Source: Lachnospiraceae bacterium
GTDB lineage: Bacteria; Bacillota; Clostridia; Lachnospirales; Lachnospiraceae
Direction: 5' to 3'
Assembly: GCA_017622535.1 (NCBI GenBank)
Contig: JAGAQX010000151.1
Location: forward strand, 1-57,482
DNA: 57,482 nucleotides
In this document: piece after piece, positions 1 to 9,450 of the stretch
Position numbering within the stretch: the stretch's first letter is position 1
Layout of the letters: each line of letters begins with the position of its first letter
Position numbers and translations under genes: made by a program
Notes under the pieces: model-generated
What the model was told of the DNA's origin: nothing
The model's input: the letters and a program-made list of their open reading frames with translations, nothing else
The model's database searches: none

Positions 1-153
1 AACGAAACCAACTTGTTGGTTGAGTTTTAGTACTCACTGCTATAAACGTTCTCTTGAAAATCTTTTAGAATTTTCAGGGTTGTTTTGTTGTTTAATCATC
101 ATTCAGTTTTCATTGTTCTTTGTTGTTCGACCGTTTTCGGCGACAACTTCTAA

Positions 154-182
154 ATAGTAACACTTTCAGTTTGTCTTGTCAA
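154..182 (-). promoter_or_regulatory. Predicted sigma-A promoter (proximal of a tandem pair) firing leftward out of the window
   Basis: The minus strand reads TTGACA (182-177), a 17-nt spacer, then TACTAT (159-154). No ORF follows. The leader (153-1) is non-coding and runs off the window edge, as expected for an rRNA/tRNA operon leader. Confidence 0.45.
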
Positions 183-237
183 CAACTTTTTTGTTCTATT
201 TTAAAACTTTTATTTTCTGTCTTGCGACAGCTTGCTT

Positions 238-266
238 AATATACCACTCCGAAAAAACAAAGTCAA
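238..266 (-). promoter_or_regulatory. Predicted sigma-A promoter (distal of the tandem pair)
   Basis: The minus strand reads TTGACT (266-261), a 17-nt spacer, then TATATT (243-238). It lies 84 nt upstream of the proximal promoter. Confidence 0.45.
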
Positions 267-395
267 CACCTTTTTTGTATTTATTTCAATACAATAAAAA
301 TGTTCTAAATTTTATCTTTTTCATCGCATTTATACTGCAAACAAACGCTAAAACATGTATAATAGAAGTATCTCAAAGCAATATGTTTATTATAG

Positions 396-1724
396 GTGAT
401 ACTTATGAAATTTCAAATGAAAGATATTCTTTCTATTATTAAAATTATATTATGTATTATAACACTAACTATTGTAGAATGCTCTGCATTAGTTTTCGTT
501 GCAATGATACCCAAAGACAGCATCAAGCAGCATGCTAACGAGTCCGCCGATATCCTTTTGAATAATGACGTCTTTTTTTATCTAAATCAAGAAGATCATG
601 CGTCAAGAATTGATCGATATGCAGATTCAATACTATTGAACATTGCCTATTCCTACGATGAACAACATCCGTTCAAATCCATCATGCTTTCGTCATATTA
701 TTATGAAGCTACCCAAAATGAAAACTATAATTTAAAAGAAACAATCACACAGAGCAAATCACCAAATAGAGATTACATTCGTTATTGGCATGGTTCTAAT
801 CTAATCGTCAAGCCTTTATTGTTATTAACAAATATTAACGGAATTTATATGATAAACACTATTATAATCATGATACTTTTAATCGTTGTATTAAATCTTC
901 TATGGAAGCGCATAGGCAAAACAGTTGCACTTTGTATGTTGATATCCTGTGTTGCCGTTTCTCTTTGGTACGTTCCCTTCTCACTAGAGTATACTTGGAA
1001 CATCATTATCATGCTCATTGCGTTAATTCTTTCTATACATATGTATGCAAAAAAACAAACCAATTTCATATATTTTTTTATAATAATAGGAAACCTTACT
1101 GCTTACTTCGATTTTTTATCAACGGAAACCCTAACCTTTACCCTTCCATTAATTTGTATTCTACTTTTACAAAACAAAAACAATCCATTTTCTACCAAAA
1201 TGGATTATTTGAAAACCACACTACAAACAGGTATTTCCTGGCTGATTGGATATGGTTCTGCCTGGATTTCCAAATGGACGATTGCCTCAGTTGTTTTACA
1301 AACAAACGCATTCCAACTCGCTTTGCAACAGGCCAGCACGAGAATATCTGGTGAAGCAGCAAACATTTCCATTACAAAACAAACCACTGGTGCAATCACA
1401 AGAAATATTGTTTGCCTTTTTCCATTCAACTACCTGAAAGAAAACGCCCTCTTTGTTTTTATAATAACAATTAGTATTATCTTTATATTTTACTATCTAT
1501 TCAAAAAACAAAACCACACATCGCTTTCGACCATATTATGCATAATTGCATTAGTACCATATATTCGTTTCAGTGTGCTATCCAATCACTCATACTTACA
1601 TTACTTTTTTACTTACCGTGCACAGCTGGCAAGTATTTTTGCTTTTGGATTAGCAATCATTTACGGGACAGATACTACCTTATTAAAGAAAGAATGGAGT
1701 AAATTATGCAAAAAGAAAACATAG
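396..1724 (+). CDS. Polytopic integral membrane protein, possibly a GT-C-like glycosyltransferase partner of the downstream GT2
   Basis: The ORF is 442 aa with 10 or more hydrophobic helices. The track start is GTG at 396; ATG at 405 preceded by GGTGA is more likely. The 3' end overlaps the GT2 gene by 19 nt, which suggests translational coupling. No diagnostic catalytic motif was recognised. Confidence 0.65.
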   Translation: MILMKFQMKDILSIIKIILCIITLTIVECSALVFVAMIPKDSIKQHANESADILLNNDVFFYLNQEDHASRIDRYADSILLNIAYSYDEQHPFKSIMLSSYYYEATQNENYNLKETITQSKSPNRDYIRYWHGSNLIVKPLLLLTNINGIYMINTIIIMILLIVVLNLLWKRIGKTVALCMLISCVAVSLWYVPFSLEYTWNIIIMLIALILSIHMYAKKQTNFIYFFIIIGNLTAYFDFLSTETLTFTLPLICILLLQNKNNPFSTKMDYLKTTLQTGISWLIGYGSAWISKWTIASVVLQTNAFQLALQQASTRISGEAANISITKQTTGAITRNIVCLFPFNYLKENALFVFIITISIIFIFYYLFKKQNHTSLSTILCIIALVPYIRFSVLSNHSYLHYFFTYRAQLASIFAFGLAIIYGTDTTLLKKEWSKLCKKKT

Positions 1725-2398
1725 AGTTGACAATCCTCATGCCATGTCTAAACGAAGAAGAAAATATTGCTGACGCCATTCACGCAGCTAGAAATTTTTT
1801 AGAAACTAATCATGTTCTTGGAGAAATACTAATTATCGATAATGGGTGTACTGACCGCTCTCCGGCCATTGCCCGCTCCCTAAATGCTCGTGTCATTATA
1901 GAACCAAATCCTGGTTACGGAAATGCAGTCCGGTGCGGAATTAGAAATGCAAGTGGAACATATACCATTCTCAGCGATTGTGATACTACTTATAACCTTC
2001 AAGATTTAACATTGATTTTAGATGAATTACGCAAAGGATATAGCCTTGTAATAGGTAACCGTTTTGCTGGTGGTATTGAAAAAGGTGCAATGCCATTTTC
2101 TCATAGATATCTTGGTGTTCCATTTTTATCATGGCTAGGCAGAAAATGTTACAACGTTGATGTAACTGATTTTCATTGCGGACTTCGAGGATTTAATTCC
2201 TCTCAGGCGCAAAAACTCAATTTAAAAAGCGAGGGCATGGAATTTGCAACAGAATTGATCGCTTGCTTCGCTAAAGCTTCTCTTCCTATTGCAGAAGTCC
2301 CAGCAACTCTTTCTGTTAGCAAACATCCTCGCCACTCGCATTTACATACTATTCGCGACGGATTTCGACATCTTATATATATGATGTCCAAACACTAA
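1706..2398 (+). CDS. Family-2 glycosyltransferase (DPM1/GtrB-like polyprenyl-phosphate sugar transferase)
   Basis: Motifs LTILMPCLNEEENI, IIDNGCTDRS and SDCDTTY indicate a GT-A fold with a DxD-type signature. GGAG lies 6 nt upstream of the ATG. Confidence 0.8.
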   Translation: MQKENIELTILMPCLNEEENIADAIHAARNFLETNHVLGEILIIDNGCTDRSPAIARSLNARVIIEPNPGYGNAVRCGIRNASGTYTILSDCDTTYNLQDLTLILDELRKGYSLVIGNRFAGGIEKGAMPFSHRYLGVPFLSWLGRKCYNVDVTDFHCGLRGFNSSQAQKLNLKSEGMEFATELIACFAKASLPIAEVPATLSVSKHPRHSHLHTIRDGFRHLIYMMSKH

Positions 2399-4194
2399 TC
2401 ACGTTTTACACTTGTTATGGAATACACACAAACACCCTTTGTCTTTCCTTTTAATGGTATCTCTCCCAATGTGTCTGCTTCAACTCTGTCTTTCACGCGA
2501 TCATATACTTCTTGACTAATAAGAACTTGTCCCTTTTTCGCATTTGATTCCAATCGCGCTGCCGTATTAACCGTGTCACCAATGGCTGTAAAATCCATTC
2601 GGAACTCACAACCAATATTGCCAACAACTGCCTGTCCACAGTTAACTCCTACACCAAAACCGATACTTCTTCCATACTTTTCAAGTAATTCCTTTTCAAG
2701 TGCTTTACCACCTTCGACAATATCCCATGCTGCACATACTGCCCGAAATTCGTAATCATCTAGGTCGAAGGGCGAATTAAACACTGCCATTGTTGCATCA
2801 CCAACAAATTTATCCAAAGTACCCTTGTTCTTAAATATTGCTTGTGTAGTAAGATTTAAATAATGATTCAGTATTTCCACAACTTCTTCTGGTGTCAACA
2901 CCTCTGACATAGTGGTAAAGCCACGAATATCTACAAATAAAACTGCAATGTCCCGATTTTCACCACCAAGCTTTACTGAAAAATCTCCTTTTTTAGCTAT
3001 CTCGTCGACAACCTCTGGTGCAACATATTTTTTGAATGCATTTAGAACCTTCTTCCGTTTTCGACTTTCCAATATATATCGAACAGCTAAATTATACACA
3101 AAAGAAATCACCAAAACGATTGGAAAATACAACAAACTAATCGCAATTCCGTTGTTATTGAGTGTGACTCCTGCTACAATTTCCATTCCCGTTCCGAGAA
3201 TTAGTAAAATAGCCGCTAACCAAACCTTAACGTGTTTAAATATAAAATACAAAATAGCTGCTATCAATCCTAAAATTATGCCTGCTACAATTGGATTACC
3301 CGTGACTGCAAATTGGTTTTTCATTAGGGCTTGTACAATATTGGCATGAATTTCTACACCATACATTTGTTGGCTGTTTCCATTTGGTACGTTGAAATTA
3401 TCCTGCATACCATTTGCATAGGCACCTACTAACACAATGCTATCTCGAAATGCTCTGCTGTCTATTTTACCATTCAACACATCTATCATAGAAATAGCTT
3501 CGTAGTCCCCAGGTTTACCTGAAAAGTTAATCAACACCTTACCATACTTATCAGTGTTAGCTTCAAAAGATGACAAATTCATCTTTTCACAATAGGTATC
3601 ATAAACTACTTTTGAAAACAACGACATATGTTGTCCTTGATACATCTCTTCCAATTGCACTCGTCGAACAATACCATCCGAATCTTGTGCGACATTTGCA
3701 TATCCTACTTTTACATACTGAGCCAATTCATTGTATGGATTATACACTTCTTCAACCAGATAGGTAACTGTTCCGTCATGATTCATTTGTGATTTTTCGC
3801 TATACTGAAGCTGAGATGCTACTACCACATTATCACTTTCCTGACAAGCAGCAGCAAATGCTGCATCTCCACCCATAACATTATTATCATCGAAATAGCC
3901 ATTGAAAATAATATCAAAACCTATCACCGTCGGCTTTGCATCCTCATGTTCATTCAATTTATTAATTAAATCTGCATAGTATTGTCTTGACCATGTTCCA
4001 ATTGGCCCTAATTCCTCCAATGTTCTCTCGTCAATAGCAATGATTTTAATCTGACTATCAACACCTCTTGGAACCTGATATACAAAATCCTTTAACATAT
4101 AATCAGCGGAAGCAAACAAATTCGTAATTGTCAAAACAAAAACCACGATAAAAACAACTGCAGCTTCTAGTATATCTTTTATATAGCGTTTCAT
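2395..4194 (-). CDS. CHASE2 sensor / class III adenylate-guanylate cyclase
   Basis: An N-terminal TM is followed by a periplasmic domain of about 300 aa, three TM helices, and a cyclase domain (VLFVDIRGFTTMSE, GDATMAVFNSP, DFTAIGDTVNTAARLES). The likely start is the internal ATG at 4194 with GAGG 9 nt upstream; the ORF track extends to 4233. Confidence 0.85.
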   Translation of the reverse strand: MKRYIKDILEAAVVFIVVFVLTITNLFASADYMLKDFVYQVPRGVDSQIKIIAIDERTLEELGPIGTWSRQYYADLINKLNEHEDAKPTVIGFDIIFNGYFDDNNVMGGDAAFAAACQESDNVVVASQLQYSEKSQMNHDGTVTYLVEEVYNPYNELAQYVKVGYANVAQDSDGIVRRVQLEEMYQGQHMSLFSKVVYDTYCEKMNLSSFEANTDKYGKVLINFSGKPGDYEAISMIDVLNGKIDSRAFRDSIVLVGAYANGMQDNFNVPNGNSQQMYGVEIHANIVQALMKNQFAVTGNPIVAGIILGLIAAILYFIFKHVKVWLAAILLILGTGMEIVAGVTLNNNGIAISLLYFPIVLVISFVYNLAVRYILESRKRKKVLNAFKKYVAPEVVDEIAKKGDFSVKLGGENRDIAVLFVDIRGFTTMSEVLTPEEVVEILNHYLNLTTQAIFKNKGTLDKFVGDATMAVFNSPFDLDDYEFRAVCAAWDIVEGGKALEKELLEKYGRSIGFGVGVNCGQAVVGNIGCEFRMDFTAIGDTVNTAARLESNAKKGQVLISQEVYDRVKDRVEADTLGEIPLKGKTKGVCVYSITSVKRD

Positions 4195-4220
4195 GTGGAT
4201 ATTCCTCTCTTTTCTCCCAT

Positions 4221-5147
4221 TTACTCTTTCCACTGGATACTGATATCTTCAGTAATCGGTGTTGTAAAATCAAAATCCCAATCTCCAGTTGCTGCTGGCA
4301 TAAGAGTAGGGATAGTTGCAAGCTCACCTTCTGTTACAACCTGGGTTGCAAAAGTTGTATCTTTGTATATAAAAGTAACCACAAATTCATTTTGCATTTC
4401 CTCTGTATTTTGTTCTTTCTCTGTTGATGCTTCTGTAGAAGTTGTATTCATCTGAATTCCAAGCATATTTTCAAGCAGAATAATAACATTTTCCGGAAGA
4501 TTGGAATAATCAATATCTGTGACCTCTGTCAGATAATCCGTCGTTTTATCATCTTCATATATAATTACTTCCTTACCTGCAGAAACTGAAACTTCCTCAT
4601 CCGACACCGTTCCGTCCGGATACACTAACCTAGATGTAACCTCACCTTCAAACACAGAAACCTTAGTATAGCATACACCGGCTTCATCGTAATACGTAGA
4701 AACTCGAAACACTGTTCCACGCACTGCCATTGTAGAATTCGGTGTATTCACTTCATAAGATGCATCACTATTCAACTTATTCTGTATCTCATGGGTGATA
4801 GCGCCTTTATTTATGGTTATGGTTGTCTTACTGTTCTCACTATTACCCTCTGCTCGAATGGCAAACTCTGTTTTTTCTTCCACATAAGCATATTTGTCCT
4901 CATCCATTTTCAAAGTCATGTTTCCAGAATCAAGATACACGTTGTCGCCAGATTCTAATATCATATTATTATACGGCTCTAGCTCCCCCGCATCTGGCCG
5001 TTTAACCGTAGCAACACCTTCTAGCTCATATACTTTAATAATTCGATAACTGTCCTCTCTGCCCAACAAAACCATGAACAAAACAGCTAGCAGAACAATA
5101 ATAGCAATCGCAATTATTATTACTATATTCTTTTTATTATTTGCCAT
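4221..5147 (-). CDS. FecR-domain membrane-anchored protein
   Basis: There is an N-terminal TM (IVIIIAIAIIVLLAVLFMVLL) and a FecR-like beta-rich core (YLDSGNMTLKMDE, NSTMAVRGTVFRV). The C-terminus resembles a Listeria-Bacteroides repeat. Confidence 0.7.
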   Translation of the reverse strand: MANNKKNIVIIIAIAIIVLLAVLFMVLLGREDSYRIIKVYELEGVATVKRPDAGELEPYNNMILESGDNVYLDSGNMTLKMDEDKYAYVEEKTEFAIRAEGNSENSKTTITINKGAITHEIQNKLNSDASYEVNTPNSTMAVRGTVFRVSTYYDEAGVCYTKVSVFEGEVTSRLVYPDGTVSDEEVSVSAGKEVIIYEDDKTTDYLTEVTDIDYSNLPENVIILLENMLGIQMNTTSTEASTEKEQNTEEMQNEFVVTFIYKDTTFATQVVTEGELATIPTLMPAATGDWDFDFTTPITEDISIQWKE

Positions 5148-5173
5148 AATTGTCTCCTCACATCAGCTAAATA

Positions 5174-7168
5174 CTACTCTGCCCCAAATGTGTATTCCCC
5201 GCCAGAACGTACATAAACACTTTGACCACCAACATACTGGGTAGTATCACCTGCAACCTTCCACATTCCTGTGTCCAACTTGTACGCCGTGTTGGTTGAT
5301 AGACGTATCAATTTGTTTGCGGGTATAACACCTGTTCTCAACCATTCATCTGCAACAGTAATAGCTATTTGCTTACTATTGCCCGCCAAATCTTTTGCAT
5401 AAATACTATAATAATTAGATCCTTTATTGGACTCCAAAATTAATTGAGCTTTTCCATCCTTCAAATCTACTTTCGCACTGTTACAAGTGACTGTACTAAG
5501 ATTAGCATCGCTGATATCTACTGTAAGGGTTTCACCATAATACGTCTCTCCATGGGTGGCACTCATGGTCGGAAGTGTAATATCAATCTTAATATTTGGC
5601 AACTTTTGTCCTTTTGTCTTCTCTCCAGTTTCATTTTTGATATAAAAAGCTTTTATTGAATCCTGTGTGGAGGTAAATATCAGCTTTTTCTTATATGTAC
5701 CATCTAATTGCTTCGCAACAGAATATCCATCTCGCGGAATTATCTCTACCTTCGATATATAAAAACCATTTTCTCCTTTATTACCCTTAATAACATACGC
5801 TTTATCCGGAATAGGTAAATATGTAATATCAAAATCCACTATAGCTGTACACGAAGTGTATAAATCATTCTCTGCAAAAGTAGCCCTTGCTGTGTATGAA
5901 CCCACTTCTTTGGGTTTGTCTGTGCGATATTCACTATTTGGTGCTCCTTTTGTCTTGTATTCAATCTTTGCATCTTGAATATCATTAGTGTCGGATTTAA
6001 GAATTACTTCTACATCTGCACCATAATGAATATCTGAAATTTCAATGGTACCAACACCCTGCTCTTTGGGTTTCAAACTTGCAGATGTGACTGTAATTGT
6101 AATATCCTTTGTCTCCTTCTCTGCCAAAGTATAATCAATAGTCACTTTTGTATCATTTACACGGGTTACAGTCATACTTCCTGCACCATCCACAGTCACA
6201 TTGTCACTGTAATTCTCCGGAAAATAATATCCGTCATTTGCATCTAATATAATCTGGGTAATGGAATCACCAGGAAGATATATAATATTGTCATCGATAC
6301 CGCTAGTAGTCAAATGACTATTATCTGAAACAGCCACATTAACTTTTCTACCATAGGAATCTACAATGGTTCCATTTGAACCTGCAGCCATGATGTACTC
6401 TTTATCATTGTAATATACCGAGTACCCAACACCACCTGAAACATCAATTATGGTAGACTTTTGCACAATAATTTTTGTATTCTCTATACCATTTGTTGCT
6501 TTCACATAATCTGTAACATCTATTGTAGCTGTTCCATCTGAAGTAATTCCAGCAGTAGTAAGACTTGTAGCCTGAATTGCTCCACTTACATTAAGTGTTG
6601 AGTTTGTTGATACTGTTCCTACTGTACATCCTGATAAGGAAATATAGGAACCAGAAATATCATTAATTGTGCCTACACTACCTCCTGCGACCTCCAAATC
6701 ACCGCCTTCCATGGTGATACTCGATATTGATCCAGTACTGTAAAGTCTGCTTCCTGTCGCCAGATTAAATGAACCACTAGAAATCGTGCCATAATTGTTA
6801 ATTTGTGCCGCTGACTCATCCATACTGATGTTACCTGTAATAACCCCATTATTCGTAATCGTTGCAGCCGACTGACCTATTTTAATATTACCTGAAATGG
6901 TACCATTGTTCATTAATGTATTGGCCTTATCTGATGAATCTTGTGAAAAATCCACATCGCCAGATAGGGTTATCCCTTCATTAACAATAAGAGATTTCGC
7001 AGCACCACTAAAATAAATATAATCATCACCACTATCTGTATCGATGGTAACGTCAGCATCAAAATAATTCTCCGCCGCCAACAAAATCAATACATCACTT
7101 CCCAAAGACTGACAAATCAACAATGTTACTAATAAATATACTAGCAATCTTTTCACTCTACGTTTCAT
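5174..7168 (-). CDS. Secreted repeat protein (N-terminal beta-helix-like G-[ST]-I-S/T-G-N repeats plus Ig-like modules)
   Basis: The protein has a signal peptide and repeated NGTISGNIKIG / NGVITGNISMD / YGTISSGSF segments. It is the first gene of the FecR-CHASE2 cyclase operon, separated by a 26-nt gap. Confidence 0.6.
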   Translation of the reverse strand: MKRRVKRLLVYLLVTLLICQSLGSDVLILLAAENYFDADVTIDTDSGDDYIYFSGAAKSLIVNEGITLSGDVDFSQDSSDKANTLMNNGTISGNIKIGQSAATITNNGVITGNISMDESAAQINNYGTISSGSFNLATGSRLYSTGSISSITMEGGDLEVAGGSVGTINDISGSYISLSGCTVGTVSTNSTLNVSGAIQATSLTTAGITSDGTATIDVTDYVKATNGIENTKIIVQKSTIIDVSGGVGYSVYYNDKEYIMAAGSNGTIVDSYGRKVNVAVSDNSHLTTSGIDDNIIYLPGDSITQIILDANDGYYFPENYSDNVTVDGAGSMTVTRVNDTKVTIDYTLAEKETKDITITVTSASLKPKEQGVGTIEISDIHYGADVEVILKSDTNDIQDAKIEYKTKGAPNSEYRTDKPKEVGSYTARATFAENDLYTSCTAIVDFDITYLPIPDKAYVIKGNKGENGFYISKVEIIPRDGYSVAKQLDGTYKKKLIFTSTQDSIKAFYIKNETGEKTKGQKLPNIKIDITLPTMSATHGETYYGETLTVDISDANLSTVTCNSAKVDLKDGKAQLILESNKGSNYYSIYAKDLAGNSKQIAITVADEWLRTGVIPANKLIRLSTNTAYKLDTGMWKVAGDTTQYVGGQSVYVRSGGEYTFGAE

Positions 7169-7273
7169 ACCATTCCTCCTTTCCCCATTGTGGTATCACA
7201 CATTCTTTCGTATCGTAAATTGTCATATCTTTAAATGTTTGTGTCATACATCAAATAAATTTCTAAAATGATC

Positions 7274-8629
7274 CTAGAATATTTTCTCAATTGCCTCTGA
7301 TAGAGTTGATACGCATATAATCTCAATTGGTAACTTCTCCATACTCTTATCATAATTGGATTTCGGAATATAGCATTTTGAAAAACCAATCTTCACTGCT
7401 TCATTTACACGTTGTGCAATATTGGCCACACCTCGAACTTCACCAGCCAAACCGACTTCCCCTAATATAATCGTATTGGAATCCACAGGCACATTCTTAA
7501 AACTAGAAACCAATGCTACTACAATTCCCAAATCAATAGCAGTATCGTTTAGCTTCATTCCCCCCGCCAAATTCACGTACGCATCATTACCTGCAATTAA
7601 TATCCCCGCTCTTTTTTCCAAAACAGCCATCAACAGATTCACACGATTGTAATCAATACCAACAGATGTTCTTCTTGGAAGATTAAAATTCGATTGACAA
7701 ACAAGTGCCTGAATCTCTGTTAATATTGGTCTTGTTCCCTCTAGCGAGCACACTACCACCGAGCCTGCTGCATCAAGAGGTCTATCACTTAACATTACCT
7801 GTGAAGGATTCTCTACCTCGTGTAAGCCATTCTCCTTCATTTCAAACACACCGATTTCATTTGTGGAACCAAAACGATTTTTAACACCACGAAGAATTCG
7901 GTACATTGCGCTCTTTTCTCCCTCGAAATAAAGCACCGTATCCACCATGTGTTCTAAAGTCCTAGGTCCTGCAACAGTACCTTCCTTTGTAACATGCCCT
8001 ACAATAAAAATTGCAACCTCTAATTGTTTCGCAATTCTCATTAACCTACTAGTCACTTCACGAACCTGTGATACACTTCCAGCTCCACTTCCAACCTCTT
8101 CAATAAACATCGTTTGTATGGAGTCAATCACTACAACTTCTGGCTTCACTTTCGTAATTGCACCTTCTACATAATCCAAATTCGTTTCACAAAGCAATAA
8201 CATATCCTTTGTAAAACCACCCAAACGTTCTGCGCGAAGCTTAATCTGTTGTAAAGACTCCTCACCAGAAGCATATAATACTTTATGCTCCTTTACTGTT
8301 AAATTTCTACATACTTGTAATAATAATGTGGACTTTCCAATTCCAGGATCTCCACCAACTAAGGTTAACGATCCCTTTACAATACCGCCACCTAATACTC
8401 TGTCTAATTCTCTAATACCCGTGCCAATACGTGTGTCTTCCGAAGTAGTTACGTCTAAAATAGATGTAGGCGCCACAGCTTCTGCCTTTCCCAAATGCTT
8501 ACTGGCGCCTACCACTATCTTCTCTTCAACAAATGTATTCCAACACTTACATGCCGGACACTGACCTAACCACTTTGTTGATTCATTACCACACTCTTGG
8601 CAAAAAAAGATTTGTTTTGTTTTCGCCAT
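7274..8629 (-). CDS. radA: DNA repair protein RadA/Sms
   Basis: The N-terminal zinc ribbon is CQECGN..CPACKCWNT. Walker A is GDPGIGKSTLLLQ, the KNRFG motif is present, and the C-terminus is Lon-like. Confidence 0.95.
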   Translation of the reverse strand: MAKTKQIFFCQECGNESTKWLGQCPACKCWNTFVEEKIVVGASKHLGKAEAVAPTSILDVTTSEDTRIGTGIRELDRVLGGGIVKGSLTLVGGDPGIGKSTLLLQVCRNLTVKEHKVLYASGEESLQQIKLRAERLGGFTKDMLLLCETNLDYVEGAITKVKPEVVVIDSIQTMFIEEVGSGAGSVSQVREVTSRLMRIAKQLEVAIFIVGHVTKEGTVAGPRTLEHMVDTVLYFEGEKSAMYRILRGVKNRFGSTNEIGVFEMKENGLHEVENPSQVMLSDRPLDAAGSVVVCSLEGTRPILTEIQALVCQSNFNLPRRTSVGIDYNRVNLLMAVLEKRAGILIAGNDAYVNLAGGMKLNDTAIDLGIVVALVSSFKNVPVDSNTIILGEVGLAGEVRGVANIAQRVNEAVKIGFSKCYIPKSNYDKSMEKLPIEIICVSTLSEAIEKIF

Positions 8630-8767
8630 TCATGTTCCTTCCTATGTCATAAAATCATCATAAACTATCTCATATAATTTAGATTATTTATTATTGAAAT
8701 TATTTTGATTATAATTTCTTTGATTACTTCTATATATTAATTACCACATAGCAACTTTCAAAAGCAC

Positions 8768-9181
8768 CTATTGCACCTTTGCAATCTTGATAGAAGAGCT
8801 CGCACCAGGATTCAACTCCACACTTAGCGATAACTTACCGCCAAGATTTGTCTTAACTGATCCCGTCTCGTTGCCGTTAATAATTGCAACATACTCCTGT
8901 CCGGCTTCCATTTCTAATGTAATCTGAGAATCTTCCGTTCCCTCAACCTCAAACTCAACCACATCATCACTTGCTTTAAAGTTATGCACGGTTGTTCCTG
9001 GTACCGATTCATATACAAAAGAACCATTTTTCTCTAATTTGGTAATCTCATTGAACGTCTTAACCTTATATTTGTCACCCTTGAAATCAAAACCATCCAT
9101 CTTGGTTTTGGAATCCAACTCATAATTACCAAAACACAATGCTCCATTCTCTTCCTTAATAAGTTCACTAACAACTGCCAT
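8768..9181 (-). CDS. Hypothetical soluble protein
   Basis: The ORF sits between clpC and radA. The likely start is the internal ATG at 9181 (MAVVSELIKE) with GGAGG 8 nt upstream; the track ORF extends to 9253. No family was recognised. Confidence 0.6.
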   Translation of the reverse strand: MAVVSELIKEENGALCFGNYELDSKTKMDGFDFKGDKYKVKTFNEITKLEKNGSFVYESVPGTTVHNFKASDDVVEFEVEGTEDSQITLEMEAGQEYVAIINGNETGSVKTNLGGKLSLSVELNPGASSSIKIAKVQ

Positions 9182-9410
9182 TCCATTATCCTCCTGTACA
9201 TATATGCACAATATTTTCGTGCCTTTAACCACATCATATTCATTACTTCTCATTCATACAAAAGAAGTAATTACACATGTCATTAGTATACAATATATAG
9301 TGTATTTTTGCTAGTGCATTTTTACTAAAAAATCAATTTTAAATAAAATATTTTTACTATTTTCATTTTAATTATTTTTCTATCTTAATTTGCTTTATAA
9401 ATTTGTTTCT

Positions 9411-9443
9411 AAATAAAACAAAGAGCTCGAAAACGAGCTCTTT
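9411..9443 (-). terminator. Rho-independent terminator after clpC
   Basis: A perfect 10-bp stem aaagagctcg/cgagctcttt has a 4-nt loop. It is followed on the minus strand by GTTTTATTT. Confidence 0.8.
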
Positions 9444-9450
9444 GATACTA

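Noticed and set aside
176-442. An 88-aa plus-strand ORF at the left edge.
   Set aside because: It overlaps the two minus-strand promoters, has no RBS, and is Phe/Ile/Lys-rich as expected from translating AT-rich non-coding DNA.
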